A stretch of 63,910 nt of DNA, the filler included. It is 6 parts of 6 records of this genome, joined end to end, with 100 filler letters (N's around TTAATTAATTAA, not from the genome) between each part and the next. Parts side by side here need not be neighbours in the genome. Positions count along the whole stretch, not along the records: positions 34,242 to 43,991 come from DRR723986_24078; positions 44,092 to 51,140 come from DRR723986_24083; 4 more parts are not named here. One strand, written 5' to 3'. The notes beneath the pieces were generated by a model. The model saw only the letters and a list, made by a program, of their open reading frames with translations, did no database searches and was not told the origin of the DNA. The position numbers and the translations under genes were made by a program. Position 1 is the first letter of the stretch, and each line of letters starts with the position of its first letter. Positions 38,183-48,725 of the stretch are shown piece by piece.

Positions 38183-38869
38183 CTACTGCGCGAGATACAG
38201 GTGGTGAGCGATCTCGGTGGATACCCTCACGCTCTCGCCCGCGGGCTGTGCCGCGAATTCATAGGTGTCCCCATCGTGAGACACCGTGACGGTGGCACCC
38301 GGGATCACCCCGGCGCTATGCAATCGCGCCAACAGGTCGGAATCAAACTGGGCAGGCTCCCCCAGACGTCGCAACACTCCTACGCGCTCTCCGTCAGTCA
38401 CAAAATCCGTGGCGCGAACAACTCCAACGAGAAATCCTTCGGCGGCTACTCCGCCGAGTTCTTCCAGCGCGGGAATCGGGTTGCCATAGGGAGACTCGGT
38501 GGGGGAATCCAGCAGGGCAATTATCTTGCGCTCAACGTGTTCACTCATCACGTGTTCCCAGCGACATGCTTCATCATGCACGAGTGACCACTCCAGGCCG
38601 ATGACATCGGCGAGCAAACGCTCCGCTAATCGATGCTTTCTCGTCACCTCGATTGCTTTTTTGCGACCAAGCTTTGTCAGGGACAGTTGGCGATCAGCTT
38701 CCACCACCAGGAGCCCATCGCGTTCCATCCGAGCCACCGTTTGCGACACTGTTGGACCCGAATGGTTGAGACGCTCAGAAATACGAGCTCGAAAAGGGGG
38801 AATACCCTCTTCTTCCAGGTCGACGATGGTGCGCAGATACATCTCTGTCGTATCGACAAGATCGGTCAT
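38183..38869 (-). CDS. ideR: DtxR/IdeR iron-dependent regulator
   Basis: MTDLVDTTEMYLRTI, SGPTVSQTVARMERDG, RKHRLAERLL, VHDEACRWEHVMS, SPYGNPIP, FeoA-like C-terminus. Confidence 0.93.
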   Translation of the reverse strand: MTDLVDTTEMYLRTIVDLEEEGIPPFRARISERLNHSGPTVSQTVARMERDGLLVVEADRQLSLTKLGRKKAIEVTRKHRLAERLLADVIGLEWSLVHDEACRWEHVMSEHVERKIIALLDSPTESPYGNPIPALEELGGVAAEGFLVGVVRATDFVTDGERVGVLRRLGEPAQFDSDLLARLHSAGVIPGATVTVSHDGDTYEFAAQPAGESVRVSTEIAHHLYLAQ

Positions 38870-38893
38870 GACTACCATCCTGGGCGCGGCAAC

Positions 38894-38912
38894 TTAGGTG
38901 AGGCTTAGCTTA
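38894..38912. promoter_or_regulatory. IdeR/DtxR operator
   Basis: TTAGGTGAGGCTTAGCTTA matches the DtxR consensus TTAGGTTAGGCTAACCTAA at 15/19. Lies in the ideR-serC divergent region. Confidence 0.7.
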
Positions 38913-38964
38913 CCTACCCCGGGTGGCGATGGGCTGGGGTCATTCCAGCGCCTAGAATTTAGCC

Positions 38965-40077
38965 ATGGCCACGCTCACAATTCCCTCTCATCTCCTGCCC
39001 GCCGATGGCAGATTTGGTGCCGGTCCCTCACGGGTGAGCACGAAGCAGCTTGACCACCTCCTGGCCCACGCCGACATCTTGGGCACCTCCCACCGGCAAG
39101 CGCCGGTGAAGGATTTAGTGGCTCGGGTTCAAGCAGGGTTGGCAGACTTCTTCCGCCTTCCCCAGGGATATGAGGTAGTTCTGGGCAATGGCGGGTCCAC
39201 GGCATTTTGGGATATCGCTTCAGTTAGCTTGGCCCGGCACAGAAGTGCGCACAGTGTGTGTGGTGAATTTAGCTCCAAGTGCGCCCAGGCGCACACCACA
39301 CCGTGGCTAGAAAAACCCCACGTCGTCCAGGCTGAGCCGGGAACACTCGGGGTGCTCGAAGCCGTGGCTGGGGCGGATGTGTACGCCTTTGCCCACAATG
39401 AGACCTCCACAGGTGTGTCCTCCCCGGTGGTGCGTGTTGCCGGTGCTGATGAGGGATCCCTCATGCTGGTGGATGCCACGAGTGCAGCAGGTGGTATCGA
39501 CTTTGATGTGACGCAGACCGATGCCTATTACTTTGCCCCGCAAAAAAACTTTGCCAGTGACGGCGGGCTGTGGTGTGCCCTGCTCTCGCCGGCCGCTATT
39601 GCCCGCACGCAGGAAATCGCTGACTCAGAACGCTATATCCCAGACTTTTTGAGCTTGAGTGCGGCGATCGATAATTCCCGATTGCACCAAACGCTCAACA
39701 CCCCTGCCCTGACGACACTGTTGCTCATGGAAGCCCAGCTCGATGACATGCGAGCGCGTGGTGGACTGAGCGCTACTGCTGAGCACTGCACGCAATCTTC
39801 CACCATGCTCTATGACTGGGCCCTGGCACACGAAGCACTAACCCCGTTTGTGGAAAATCCTGACCACCGCTCCCCTGTGGTGGTCACCCTCGATGTGGAT
39901 GACTCACTCGATGCCAGCGCACTCACGTCCGTGTTGCGCGATAACGGCATTGTTGACACCGAGCCCTATCGAAAGCTTGGGCGCAATCAAATTCGGATTG
40001 CCACCTTCGCCGGGGTCCCACACAGCGATATTGAAGCACTCATCGCCTGCATCGATTACGTCCTCGAGCAGCTCTAA
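38965..40077 (+). CDS. serC: phosphoserine aminotransferase (actinobacterial type)
   Basis: DGRFGAGPS, GTSHRQ, GNGGSTAFWD, HNETSTG, DATS, FAPQKNF, QTLNTP, EPYRKLGRNQ. Confidence 0.95.
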   Translation: MATLTIPSHLLPADGRFGAGPSRVSTKQLDHLLAHADILGTSHRQAPVKDLVARVQAGLADFFRLPQGYEVVLGNGGSTAFWDIASVSLARHRSAHSVCGEFSSKCAQAHTTPWLEKPHVVQAEPGTLGVLEAVAGADVYAFAHNETSTGVSSPVVRVAGADEGSLMLVDATSAAGGIDFDVTQTDAYYFAPQKNFASDGGLWCALLSPAAIARTQEIADSERYIPDFLSLSAAIDNSRLHQTLNTPALTTLLLMEAQLDDMRARGGLSATAEHCTQSSTMLYDWALAHEALTPFVENPDHRSPVVVTLDVDDSLDASALTSVLRDNGIVDTEPYRKLGRNQIRIATFAGVPHSDIEALIACIDYVLEQL

Positions 40078-40131
40078 ACAGCTGGCCTGGGCACTGAGAT
40101 TTCAGCGCCGAGGTTTATCGCGCTGAGGTTC

Positions 40132-40716
40132 TTAGCGCTCTGAATCTTCGGGCTCAAGATCGTCGAACTCGGGGGCTTCGAGCTGATCCATATCGACATG
40201 ATCAAACACGTCATTGGGTTCACCGGGAACTTCAAGGGCTGCGGGATCTAAATCGAGGTCTAACTGATCGATGTCGATGCCATCCACGTCGCCGTCAAAG
40301 TCGTCATCCTCATCCTCGTCATCACTGTCATCGGAGGAATCGTGGTCCTCAGTCTTGGCCTGATCGAGTTCTTTTTCGGCCACCAAATAATCTTCCAGAC
40401 GATCCGCCCAGGGAACCCACGGCGGTGAGAGCAGGGCACCGTCTCCGGGGAGAAGTTCCAGTTCTAAGACCGAGGGGTCGATACCGGGTAGGTCACTCAG
40501 TGTGATGGTCCAGGTCCACCCCGGGTACCCAGCCAGGGTGCAGGGATACGACACATCGACCACGCCCTCTTTTCTGGTCACCTGTGCCACGTCCGTGAAC
40601 GTGTCCGGTGGGGTGATTTCCACCAGTGCCACCCGGGCTAGGGCAATCATGTCCTGCTCGGTATGGCCGGGAGGTTCGGCTCCCTTGGGTGGCTTAGTCG
40701 CTGCTTTCCTAGGCAT
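40132..40716 (-). CDS. DUF3027-domain protein with acidic tail
   Basis: GYPGWTW, ELLPGDGALLSPPWVPWADRL. Conserved csp-DUF3027 neighbourhood. Confidence 0.8.
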   Translation of the reverse strand: MPRKAATKPPKGAEPPGHTEQDMIALARVALVEITPPDTFTDVAQVTRKEGVVDVSYPCTLAGYPGWTWTITLSDLPGIDPSVLELELLPGDGALLSPPWVPWADRLEDYLVAEKELDQAKTEDHDSSDDSDDEDEDDDFDGDVDGIDIDQLDLDLDPAALEVPGEPNDVFDHVDMDQLEAPEFDDLEPEDSER

Positions 40717-41083
40717 CAAATTCTTCCGCTACCTTGCGCAAGAGAGCCGCAATCTTTTTGGCGTGGGCATCTTCGGGATAACGGCCCCGACGCAAATCAC
40801 CGCTGGTGCGGTCTAGGAGCTTGAGAAGATCTTCGACGATGATCGCCATATCTTCAGCCCCTTTGCGACCAAAGCGAGTGTTGGGGGTATCGAGAACACG
40901 AACGCTCAACGCCTGAGCGCCACGCTTGCCCTCCGCCACACCAAATTCCACTCGGGACCCGGGCTTGACGACGTCACCCGGTGTCAGTGCCGAGGCGTGC
41001 AGGAAAACCTCTTCGCCGTCATCGCTTTGGATGAAACCGAAACCTTTGTCGTTGTCGTAGAACTTAACCTTGCCGCTGGGCAT
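40709..41083 (-). CDS. cold-shock domain protein
   Basis: MPSGKVKFY..KGFGFI, VFLHASAL, with the actinobacterial C-terminal extension. Confidence 0.93.
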   Translation of the reverse strand: MPSGKVKFYDNDKGFGFIQSDDGEEVFLHASALTPGDVVKPGSRVEFGVAEGKRGAQALSVRVLDTPNTRFGRKGAEDMAIIVEDLLKLLDRTSGDLRRGRYPEDAHAKKIAALLRKVAEEFDA

Positions 41084-41162
41084 GGCGGGTCCTTTCTGTT
41101 GCTCTAGCGCGAATTACGCCACTGGCAGGATACCGCGTTGGCGCAGTCGATATCCTGGTGGG

Positions 41163-41429
41163 ATGGTTTCTTCTGAATCTTCGTCCCCGTCTCGCCTCGA
41201 GAGAATTCTTGCGGCCGTCATCGGCAGTGTCATTGGTCTGAGCATTCTCGCCTTTCTCGCGATTATCATCGCGAGTTGGCAGGGCTTTTCAAGCGAAGAT
41301 TTTTCGCAAGGCGCCTGGCCGGCGATAACGTTCTTGCCACTGGTCGGCTTACCGCTAGGTTTCGTGCTCATCATTGTGTTGTTGGTTATCTCCACCCGCC
41401 GACGCTCAGGCGGTCATGGCTCTTCCTAG
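41163..41429 (+). CDS. small two-TM membrane protein
   Basis: RLERILA + TM...LPLVGLPLGF + TM + RRR. Confidence 0.75.
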   Translation: MVSSESSSPSRLERILAAVIGSVIGLSILAFLAIIIASWQGFSSEDFSQGAWPAITFLPLVGLPLGFVLIIVLLVISTRRRSGGHGSS

Positions 41430-43182
41430 TACTGCAGAACTTTCCCTGATTAGCTGGCTTGCTTCTCGCACGCGTGGCCAATGGAGCACTTTGGCGAACC
41501 TTCGCGGTCTCACCCCGAATGATTCTCGAGGGCTCACCACAGCGGCCCGACGCTTGCAAGAGCCAGACAACGTCGCCGCTGCACTGGCGGACATGCGCAG
41601 AGAAGATCTGCTCATCTTGCGCAGCGTAGGGAACTCTCACTCACTCTCCGGCGACGTGGGCCCCCTGGAACTTCGGGGGTTGGTCGACACCCGCGAAGAG
41701 TCCCCCCAGCTCTTGTGTGAGCGCACGTATCTCGAGATTCTGGAGAAGATTGACGCCTCCGCTTCCGCCCCCGAGCATCCCCCCGCACCCGAGCTCAGCG
41801 CGGGCGAGGCGGTCGCAGCAGCCACCGCCACCTGGGCGAGCATGTGTCAACTCGATGAGTTAGTGCAGGCCATCGCTGAGACCACCGTGAGCGCTAAGGA
41901 CGGCGTGGCCAATGCCACAGGCGTGAAAAATCTGAGCGCTGAACTCGGTGGCGGATATGACATCGAGCGCCTGATTAGTGTGGCGCTTCACGCCCAGCTG
42001 ATCGCTGGCGTCAATGGAGTGCTGGTTCCCACCGAGAAGGGGACGTCATGGCAAAGCCTAGATATCGCCCAGAAGTGGTTAGTTCTTGCCACGAGCTGGT
42101 GGGCCATGGCGCCCTGGTGGCTTCGCCACAGCGTGTCCATGTTTCCCGCCTCGAGCTGGAGCTCACCGTGGGCGGGCGTCATTAAGTTTCATTTCCCCTT
42201 GGCACACAGCGACGAAGCCCTCCAGGAATGGGAAAAAGGCGCTGAGCTAGTGGGGCTTCTTCGCGGTCGCATTCCCACGCCCTGGGCCCGCGCTCTCTGG
42301 GATGAATCCGCTATGCCCGCAAAGGATCCAGCAGAGCTCTTAGCTGCGAGCCTGCCCGAGGTGGCCCCTGGTGTGTATGCGAATGAAGATTTCACCTTTC
42401 TGGCTTCTGGTCCTCTTTCGTCGACTCTGCGCTTGAGAATGGACACTCTGGCGGTGCGGGAATTGGGGGGACTTATTCCTCGCTATCGCCTCACCGGTGC
42501 GTCCCTCATGCGAGCCCTTCACCGCGGCGTAGCCGCAGCGGACATCCTTCCGCAGGTGAGGCAGGCGTCGCTTAACCCCGTGCCTCCCTCTGTCGAAGCG
42601 CTCATCGAGGATGTCACCCGCAAAGCCCATGATCGTGAGCTGCGCACCAGCCCCGCAGGCACGGTAATCAGCCTGGCCAACCCCGAGTTGGCCGCCGAGC
42701 TTCTGAGGGACCCGGCCCTGGTGGTGCTCGGTTTGCAGCAGGTGAGTGACCGAGAACTGCAATCGTCGTGGCCCATAGAGCGGGTGTTACACACCTTGAT
42801 GGGATGTTCCTATCTCGCATTGATTGTTGATGAGGCCGGCATCCCCGTCTCGCCCCCCACCTCCGAGATTCACCCTGAGGTGACTGAGGGTCCTGATGCT
42901 CTCGAACACGCTCTGGATGAACTCTGCGCCACGATCGAAGAATCCGCACGACTGGGAGTTCCCCCCGGCTTTGGCAGCATCATCGAGGTGGCGACGAAGA
43001 GCAAAACTCCGCTCGAGATCGACGTCACGATGCCTGATGGCACCACCGTGACCCATGTCATGGAGCCCCGCTCGCTCACCGGTGGGCGATTGCGTGGGGT
43101 GGAGATCAAGAATTCGATTGAGCGAACCCTGCCCATTTCGCGCATCACGAGTGTTCGCCCTGCACCGTTAACCACCGAGTAG
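41416..43182 (+). CDS. XPB-associated helicase-associated domain protein
   Basis: DFTFLASGP, YRLT.ASL.RAL..G, VPPSVEALI and C-terminal ERTLPISRI. Precedes XPB. Confidence 0.8.
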   Translation: MALPSTAELSLISWLASRTRGQWSTLANLRGLTPNDSRGLTTAARRLQEPDNVAAALADMRREDLLILRSVGNSHSLSGDVGPLELRGLVDTREESPQLLCERTYLEILEKIDASASAPEHPPAPELSAGEAVAAATATWASMCQLDELVQAIAETTVSAKDGVANATGVKNLSAELGGGYDIERLISVALHAQLIAGVNGVLVPTEKGTSWQSLDIAQKWLVLATSWWAMAPWWLRHSVSMFPASSWSSPWAGVIKFHFPLAHSDEALQEWEKGAELVGLLRGRIPTPWARALWDESAMPAKDPAELLAASLPEVAPGVYANEDFTFLASGPLSSTLRLRMDTLAVRELGGLIPRYRLTGASLMRALHRGVAAADILPQVRQASLNPVPPSVEALIEDVTRKAHDRELRTSPAGTVISLANPELAAELLRDPALVVLGLQQVSDRELQSSWPIERVLHTLMGCSYLALIVDEAGIPVSPPTSEIHPEVTEGPDALEHALDELCATIEESARLGVPPGFGSIIEVATKSKTPLEIDVTMPDGTTVTHVMEPRSLTGGRLRGVEIKNSIERTLPISRITSVRPAPLTTE

Positions 43183-43225
43183 GGCGCCCGCTCACACTCA
43201 GCTCCACGGTCTAGGCTGGTTGGTT

Positions 43226-43991
43226 ATGAATCCCGACGGTCCCCTCATTGTCCAAAGTGATCGCACCGTCTTATTAGAAGTCGCCCACCCACTCTCAGAA
43301 CGTGCTCGCCACGCCCTAGCCGTCTTTGCCGATCTTGAGCGAGCACCCGAGCACATCCACACCTATCGCATTACTCGCCTGGGTCTGTGGAACGCTCGTG
43401 CCGCTGGACACACCACCGAAGAAATTCTGGGCACGCTCGAAGAGTTCTCGAAATTCCCTGTTCCTCCGGGGATTTCCGAAGAGATCACCGACACGATTCG
43501 TCGCTACGGCCAAATCGACATTACCCGCGAGGGTGAGGAACTTTTTCTCCACTGCCACGACGCCGCCATTGAGGCAGAAATCACGCGCACGGCCAAAATT
43601 GCTGATTTATTGGGACCTCGCGATGACCAGGGTCGGTTCCCTTTAGCCGCCTGGTCCCGAGGCCTGATTAAGCAAGAACTGCTCAAGCGCGGGTGGCCCG
43701 CCGCTGATCATGCAGGCTTCACGAACGGCACTCCCCACGATATTTCCTTGGCCCAGGGCAGCTGGGACCTTCGTCACTACCAAATCGAGGCCGTGAAACG
43801 TTTTTGCGAGAGCGGTTCGGGTGTGGTGGTGTTGCCCTGTGGTGCGGGGAAAACCCTCGTGGGCGCCGGTGTGATGGCGCAGCTCGATACGAGCACCCTG
43901 ATTTTGGTGACCAACACGGTCTCGGCCCGTCAATGGCGCGATGAACTTCTGGCCCGCACCGACCTCACCGAGGACGACATCGGGGAGTATT
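43226..43991 (+). CDS. DNA repair helicase XPB (3' truncated)
   Basis: GPLIVQSDRTVLLEV, ERAPEHIHTYR...LWNARAAG, LRHYQ, LPCGAGKT. Confidence 0.93.
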
Positions 43992-44560
43992 NNNNNNNNN
44001 NNNNNNNNNNNNNNNNNNNNNNNNNNNNNNNNNNNTTAATTAATTAANNNNNNNNNNNNNNNNNNNNNNNNNNNNNNNNNNNNNNNNNNNNGGGTGGGAG
44101 GAATGTGCGCTGGAGGGAAAATTCGAGGCGGCGGAGGGGTGGTCTGGGGGCCAGGTGGTCCCCTGAATCACGCAAAGGTATGTCCAAAATTTACCGCCTT
44201 CCCGTTAAACAACAAATACCGCCCGTTCACCAACTACAATCTCCCGTTTAACGAGACTTCACGTCGAGATCACAAGTTAATACTCCAAAAAAACGCGAAC
44301 CTCGGAACAAATTCTTTGCTCCCCTGCAAAGGACTCAAAGCCAGGTTTCTGACTGTTAACAGCTGACACATGCCCAAGTCTCAAGACCTTGAGCCTTCGG
44401 TGCGTCAACCCGCCGCAAGCATGCCGGCTCCAGGTACGCAGCCCGCCACGCTGCGCTACATGTGAATTTCTACATTACCAAATGATACCAGTCTGAATCA
44501 ATGCCGGAATATCAAATGCCGCTGCTCACCTCAACTAATTCCATCATTGCCCTGCTTTAA

Positions 44561-44601
44561 ACACAAAAAGCTGCCGGCCACAAGATTGTGGTCGGCAGCT
44601 T
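44561..44601 (-). terminator. intrinsic terminator after thrS
   Basis: AAGCTGCCGACCACA...TGTGGCCGGCAGCTT stem followed by TTTGTGT on the minus strand. Confidence 0.75.
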
Positions 44602-44636
44602 CAAATGTAAAGTCTGCTCTGAATAGGTAGCCAGAC

Positions 44637-46583
44637 TTAAGCCTGCTCAGCCTCTTTGTTTTCCGATGCTCCTGGCGCAGAAAGCATCTCAAACAGCTTC
44701 AGCAGCTCAGTAATCGGCATCTTGCCGCGATCACCCACCGTGTGCTCACGAAGTGACACGGCTTTGGCTTCGACTTCTCGCGCGCCAATAATCAGGCTGA
44801 AAGGAATCTTCGCCTGCTCAGCCTCGGCAATCTTGCGACTGATTTTCTCGCTGCGCGTGTCGATTCTGGTGCGCACACCACGTTTTTCAAGCTCGGCATT
44901 AAGTTCATGTGCCGCGTCCGCCTGGTCGCCACCAATTGGCAGAATCGCCACCTGAACCGGCGCCAGCCAGAATGGGAAATTCCCGGCATAGTGCTCAATC
45001 AGGATCGAAATAAACCGCTCCATCGAACCAAATGGCGCACGGTGAATAATCACCGGACGGTGTTTGGCATTGTCCGACCCAACATATTCAAGCTCAAAAC
45101 GCTCAGGCATCACATAATCGATCTGGACTGTACCCAGCTGCCATTTACGGCCGATAGCGTCGCGCACAATGAAATCGATTTTTGGTCCGTAGAACGCGGC
45201 TTCGCCCAAACCAATTTCGTAATTGACTTCCAGTTCGTCGGCAATCTCCTGGAGGATGTTCTGTCCGCGTTCCCAGTCTTCATCGTTGCCGGCGTATTTG
45301 CTCTCGTCGTCATCGCGGAAGGAAAGCCGGATGCTTGGCTCCAGGCCAAAGGTGCGGAACACGTGCTGCGTCAGCTTGGCAACCGTCATCAACTCTTCTT
45401 TGATCTGCTCATGGGTGCAGTAGATGTGCGAATCATCCTGCGTAAATCCACGCGTACGCGAAATACCATTCAGCTCACCGGACTGCTCGTAGCGGTATAC
45501 CGAACCGAATTCTGCCAGACGTACCGGCAAATCGCGATAGGAGCGCGGCTTGCTGGCGTAAATCTGGTGGTGATGCGGACAGTTCATCGGCTTGAGCAGG
45601 TACTCCTCATCGTCCACCTTGATCGGCGAATACTGCGACTCCGCATAGTACGGGTAGTGTCCCGAGGTGCGGTACAGATCCAGGTGCCCAATGTGCGGTG
45701 TTATAACTTCCTGGTAGCCGGCCGCAATCTGCAGTTCACGCAGGAACTGTTCCAGCGTGCGGCGTAGCGTCGTGCCGTTGGGTAGCCAGATAGGCAGTCC
45801 CGACCCAACTTTCTGCGTGATTGTGTACAGCTCCAGCTGACGGCCGAGTTTACGGTGGTCGCGTTTTTCAGCCTCTTCGCGGCGATGCAGATCTTCTTCC
45901 AGCATCTGTTTTTTGGGGTAGGACACGGCGTAGACGCGCGTCAGCATTTCGCGGTCGGAATCACCGCGCCAGTATGCACCGGCAACGGAGAGAACCTTCG
46001 AGAACTTGAGCATTCCGGTCGTCGGTACGTGTGTTCCGCGGCACAGGTCGGTAAATTCGCCCTGGCGGTACAGCGTAATTTCCTGTCCCTTAAAACCTTC
46101 AAGCAGTTCCTGCTTAAATTCATTGCCTTCCTTGCGATACTTTTCCATGGCGTCTTCCCAGGAAACATCGATGCGCTCAAAGGCGGAGTTTTTCTTGGCC
46201 AGCGACTTCATCTTGGCTTCGATCGCCGCAAAATCTTCCGGCGTAATTTTTGTCTCGCCAGGCAGAACAACATCGTAGTAGAAGCCATTTTCGATCGGTG
46301 GGCCAATCGTAAATTTTACGCCAGGGTAGAGTTCCTGCAGCGCTTCGGCCAGCAAGTGTGCCGACGAGTGCCAAAAAATTTGTTTGCCCTCATCATCGCC
46401 AAAGGTCAGGATTCGAACGGTAGCATCGGTGGTAATTGGAGTCGTCAGGTCCAGGGTGGTGCCGTCGGCCACAATGCCCACAGCGTTGCGGGCAAGACCT
46501 GGTGAAATAGATTCTGCGATCTGCATTCCCGTCGCTTCTGCCGGGAATTCCTTGACGTCTCCGTTGGGGAAAGTAATCTTCAT
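44637..46583 (-). CDS. thrS: threonine--tRNA ligase
   Basis: TGS domain from MKITFPNG, HSSAHLLA, DLCRGTH, RDHRKLG, KPMNCPHH, YRYEQSG, FYGPK, IHRAPFGSMERF. True start is ATG 46583. Confidence 0.97.
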   Translation of the reverse strand: MKITFPNGDVKEFPAEATGMQIAESISPGLARNAVGIVADGTTLDLTTPITTDATVRILTFGDDEGKQIFWHSSAHLLAEALQELYPGVKFTIGPPIENGFYYDVVLPGETKITPEDFAAIEAKMKSLAKKNSAFERIDVSWEDAMEKYRKEGNEFKQELLEGFKGQEITLYRQGEFTDLCRGTHVPTTGMLKFSKVLSVAGAYWRGDSDREMLTRVYAVSYPKKQMLEEDLHRREEAEKRDHRKLGRQLELYTITQKVGSGLPIWLPNGTTLRRTLEQFLRELQIAAGYQEVITPHIGHLDLYRTSGHYPYYAESQYSPIKVDDEEYLLKPMNCPHHHQIYASKPRSYRDLPVRLAEFGSVYRYEQSGELNGISRTRGFTQDDSHIYCTHEQIKEELMTVAKLTQHVFRTFGLEPSIRLSFRDDDESKYAGNDEDWERGQNILQEIADELEVNYEIGLGEAAFYGPKIDFIVRDAIGRKWQLGTVQIDYVMPERFELEYVGSDNAKHRPVIIHRAPFGSMERFISILIEHYAGNFPFWLAPVQVAILPIGGDQADAAHELNAELEKRGVRTRIDTRSEKISRKIAEAEQAKIPFSLIIGAREVEAKAVSLREHTVGDRGKMPITELLKLFEMLSAPGASENKEAEQA

Positions 46584-46775
46584 CGTACTATCAATGCTAC
46601 TGAAGTTCGTAAAATCGAGGCATTTTGTTAATTTAAGCCCTGCTTCTTGTGTAATCTTCGGCCAGACCTCGTGAAGGCCGCAACACAAGAACGGCAAAAA
46701 TACACAAAATTTGCGGAGCAGATGGGGCAAATCCCGTCTACTACCGCAATCCAGCGGAAAACAGGTGCGGCTAAC

Positions 46776-47219
46776 ATGAGTTTTGATTTCTCCAAATCCG
46801 ATGCTGAAAGCATTGCGGGCGTCCTTGGCGGCCCGGCAAAAGAGAAAGATGGATCCTTTACGTTCCGCCTGAGTCACGAGGAATCGCGGCAAGCGCTCAA
46901 CCTGGAATTGCACAGTAATGTGGAACTGGGTGGGGATAGCAAAGGCGCGCTCGTAGTTGCGCAGACACAGCACGGCTACTTTGAGCTGCACAATTGCACG
47001 GCATATATGGTTTTTGAGCCCGATGAAGTTATATTCCTTGGTGTGCGCGAAGGCCACATCTCCTGCCTTGTTGTTGGCGCGCGCAGCACCTGCTCCATGT
47101 TTGTCAATATTCGTCGTGAAATCCTCACGTCGGACTTCGGCAAGCTCGATCCTCGCGTTCTCATGTCAGCCATGCAACTATCGCTGACCGAGTCTGTTAT
47201 TGGAGCTGAGGACGAGTAA
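46776..47219 (+). CDS. hypothetical protein
   Basis: 147-aa ORF divergent from thrS, co-oriented with ybeY. No motif recognised. Confidence 0.65.
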   Translation: MSFDFSKSDAESIAGVLGGPAKEKDGSFTFRLSHEESRQALNLELHSNVELGGDSKGALVVAQTQHGYFELHNCTAYMVFEPDEVIFLGVREGHISCLVVGARSTCSMFVNIRREILTSDFGKLDPRVLMSAMQLSLTESVIGAEDE

Positions 47220-47400
47220 CAAGCTCTGCTCACAGAATTTTTGCGTCCACGCTGATGCACTCGCATTGATTGTTGAAAAAAATACTGCAGACCGCGGGGG
47301 TAAAAAGTGGTCTGTTTCCAAGCTCGATTACATGCCGGCCCTGTTGGTTGAAAAGCTCTTCAACTTCCGGCATTTTCCGATAGATTTTAGGATTTGATAC

Positions 47401-47838
47401 ATGACGCATTCGGCAGCGACGGCCGATTTTGACATCAGCATCCATAATACGACTGCGGATCGATTTATACCCCGTCAGCGAATGCGCCGTGCCATTGAGC
47501 ATGTTTTGACCAGTCATAAGCGCCGCGAAGCCAGTATTAGCGTGGTTCTCGTCGATGATGCTGAGATGCAGCGTATCAATAAAAAATTCTTAAATCACGA
47601 TTATTCTACGGACGTCATTAGTTTTTCCCTTGAACATGACGTCGTGGATGGCGAACTTTACGTTTGCTCAGATATGGCTCGTCGGCAGGCCGCCGAATAT
47701 GGCGTCTCTTTCAGTCGCGAATTATTGCGGTTGGTGGCCCACGGAACCCTACATCTGGTCGGATACGATGATGCTGATGCGGCCGGGCGCTCAGAGATGA
47801 GCCGTTTGGAAGATGAAAGCATCGCCGCTGCCTGGTAG
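47401..47838 (+). CDS. ybeY: rRNA maturation endoribonuclease
   Basis: IN.KFL.HDYSTDVISF, GELY, HGTLHLVGYDD. Confidence 0.92.
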   Translation: MTHSAATADFDISIHNTTADRFIPRQRMRRAIEHVLTSHKRREASISVVLVDDAEMQRINKKFLNHDYSTDVISFSLEHDVVDGELYVCSDMARRQAAEYGVSFSRELLRLVAHGTLHLVGYDDADAAGRSEMSRLEDESIAAAW

Positions 47839-47902
47839 GGCGGCAGCAAACTAACTTACGTTGTTCCATCTACATCACATGTGTATGTTCTGACGGATAC
47901 AA

Positions 47903-48361
47903 ATGCACGAAAGAATCATTGAAATCATTGCGCATGTGATTGCGCAAATGGGCGAGACGCGTACCATCAACGACGTGGTTGTTGATGAGCTCAGCGCCCA
48001 GGGTTACACACCCAACGAAATTTCGACTGCATTTTCCTGGTTGATCGATCGCATGGAGTTCGGCGACCAGGTAATCAGTAACGACGAAATCGCCAATAGC
48101 GCGTCATTCCGCATACTGGATATACGCGAGCGTTCAGCTCTTGGAGCGGACACCTTTGGCTACCTCTTGCAGATGCTGCAGCTGGGGTTGATCAGCAACG
48201 AGCACCTCGAAATGCTGATTGAACGCCTGACAACAGATGGGGATCAGGACCTGAGCGATGCGGAACTCAAAGCCGCCATCGCCTCAGTCGTCTTTAACGC
48301 CGATGGTGACGTACTTGGCGGCAGCCGCATGTTACTCAACGGTGCCGACACGATTCACTAG
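47903..48361 (+). CDS. DUF494 (Smg-like) protein
   Basis: MHERIIEII, L...GY...EIS.AFSWL, SFRIL...E, LEMLIER, C-terminal TIH. Confidence 0.8.
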   Translation: MHERIIEIIAHVIAQMGETRTINDVVVDELSAQGYTPNEISTAFSWLIDRMEFGDQVISNDEIANSASFRILDIRERSALGADTFGYLLQMLQLGLISNEHLEMLIERLTTDGDQDLSDAELKAAIASVVFNADGDVLGGSRMLLNGADTIH

Positions 48362-48491
48362 CCGCCCTGACCAAATTTAGTACTGATGAGCGCAACGGAA
48401 TATGCACAGACGTGTTCCGTTGTTTCTGTTTTGTATATCTAGAATTTACTGTCGCTGATGTGTTAACATCTCACCGGCACGTTTAATTAAC

Positions 48492-48565
48492 GGTCTCGTA
48501 GTTCAGCTGGATAGAACACAGGTTTCCTAAACCTGGTGTCGGAGGTTCGAGTCCTCTCGAGACCG
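48492..48565 (+). tRNA. tRNA-Arg(CCT)
   Basis: GGTCTCGTAGTTCAGCTGGATAGAACACAGGTTTCCTAAACCTGGTGTCGGAGGTTCGAGTCCTCTCGAGACCG. Anticodon CCT, CCA not encoded. Confidence 0.95.
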
Positions 48566-48725
48566 CTAAGAATTTTGTATGATACAAGAAGAAACCCTGA
48601 TAACCGTGAATAGTAGTTGAAGTGCCGTAATTCGTATCGCTGCCACACCAGTTAAAAATGCGAGGGCGCTCCAGTTAGATCGCTTCGACCACAACTAAAT
48701 AAACGTCAATTTTAATAGGGGCCGA

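Noticed and set aside
44092-44520. infC start (ATT) or RNA element downstream of thrS
   Set aside because: Only a few codons precede the contig end and no recognisable motif is present; cannot be supported.
46584-47057. 158-aa N-terminal extension of ThrS in the ORF track
   Set aside because: It overlaps a divergent plus-strand ORF; ThrS homology begins at MKITFPNG (46583).
36022-48565. Two tRNA-Arg(CCT) genes as att sites of one island
   Set aside because: They lie on different contigs and have dissimilar sequences; coincidence.
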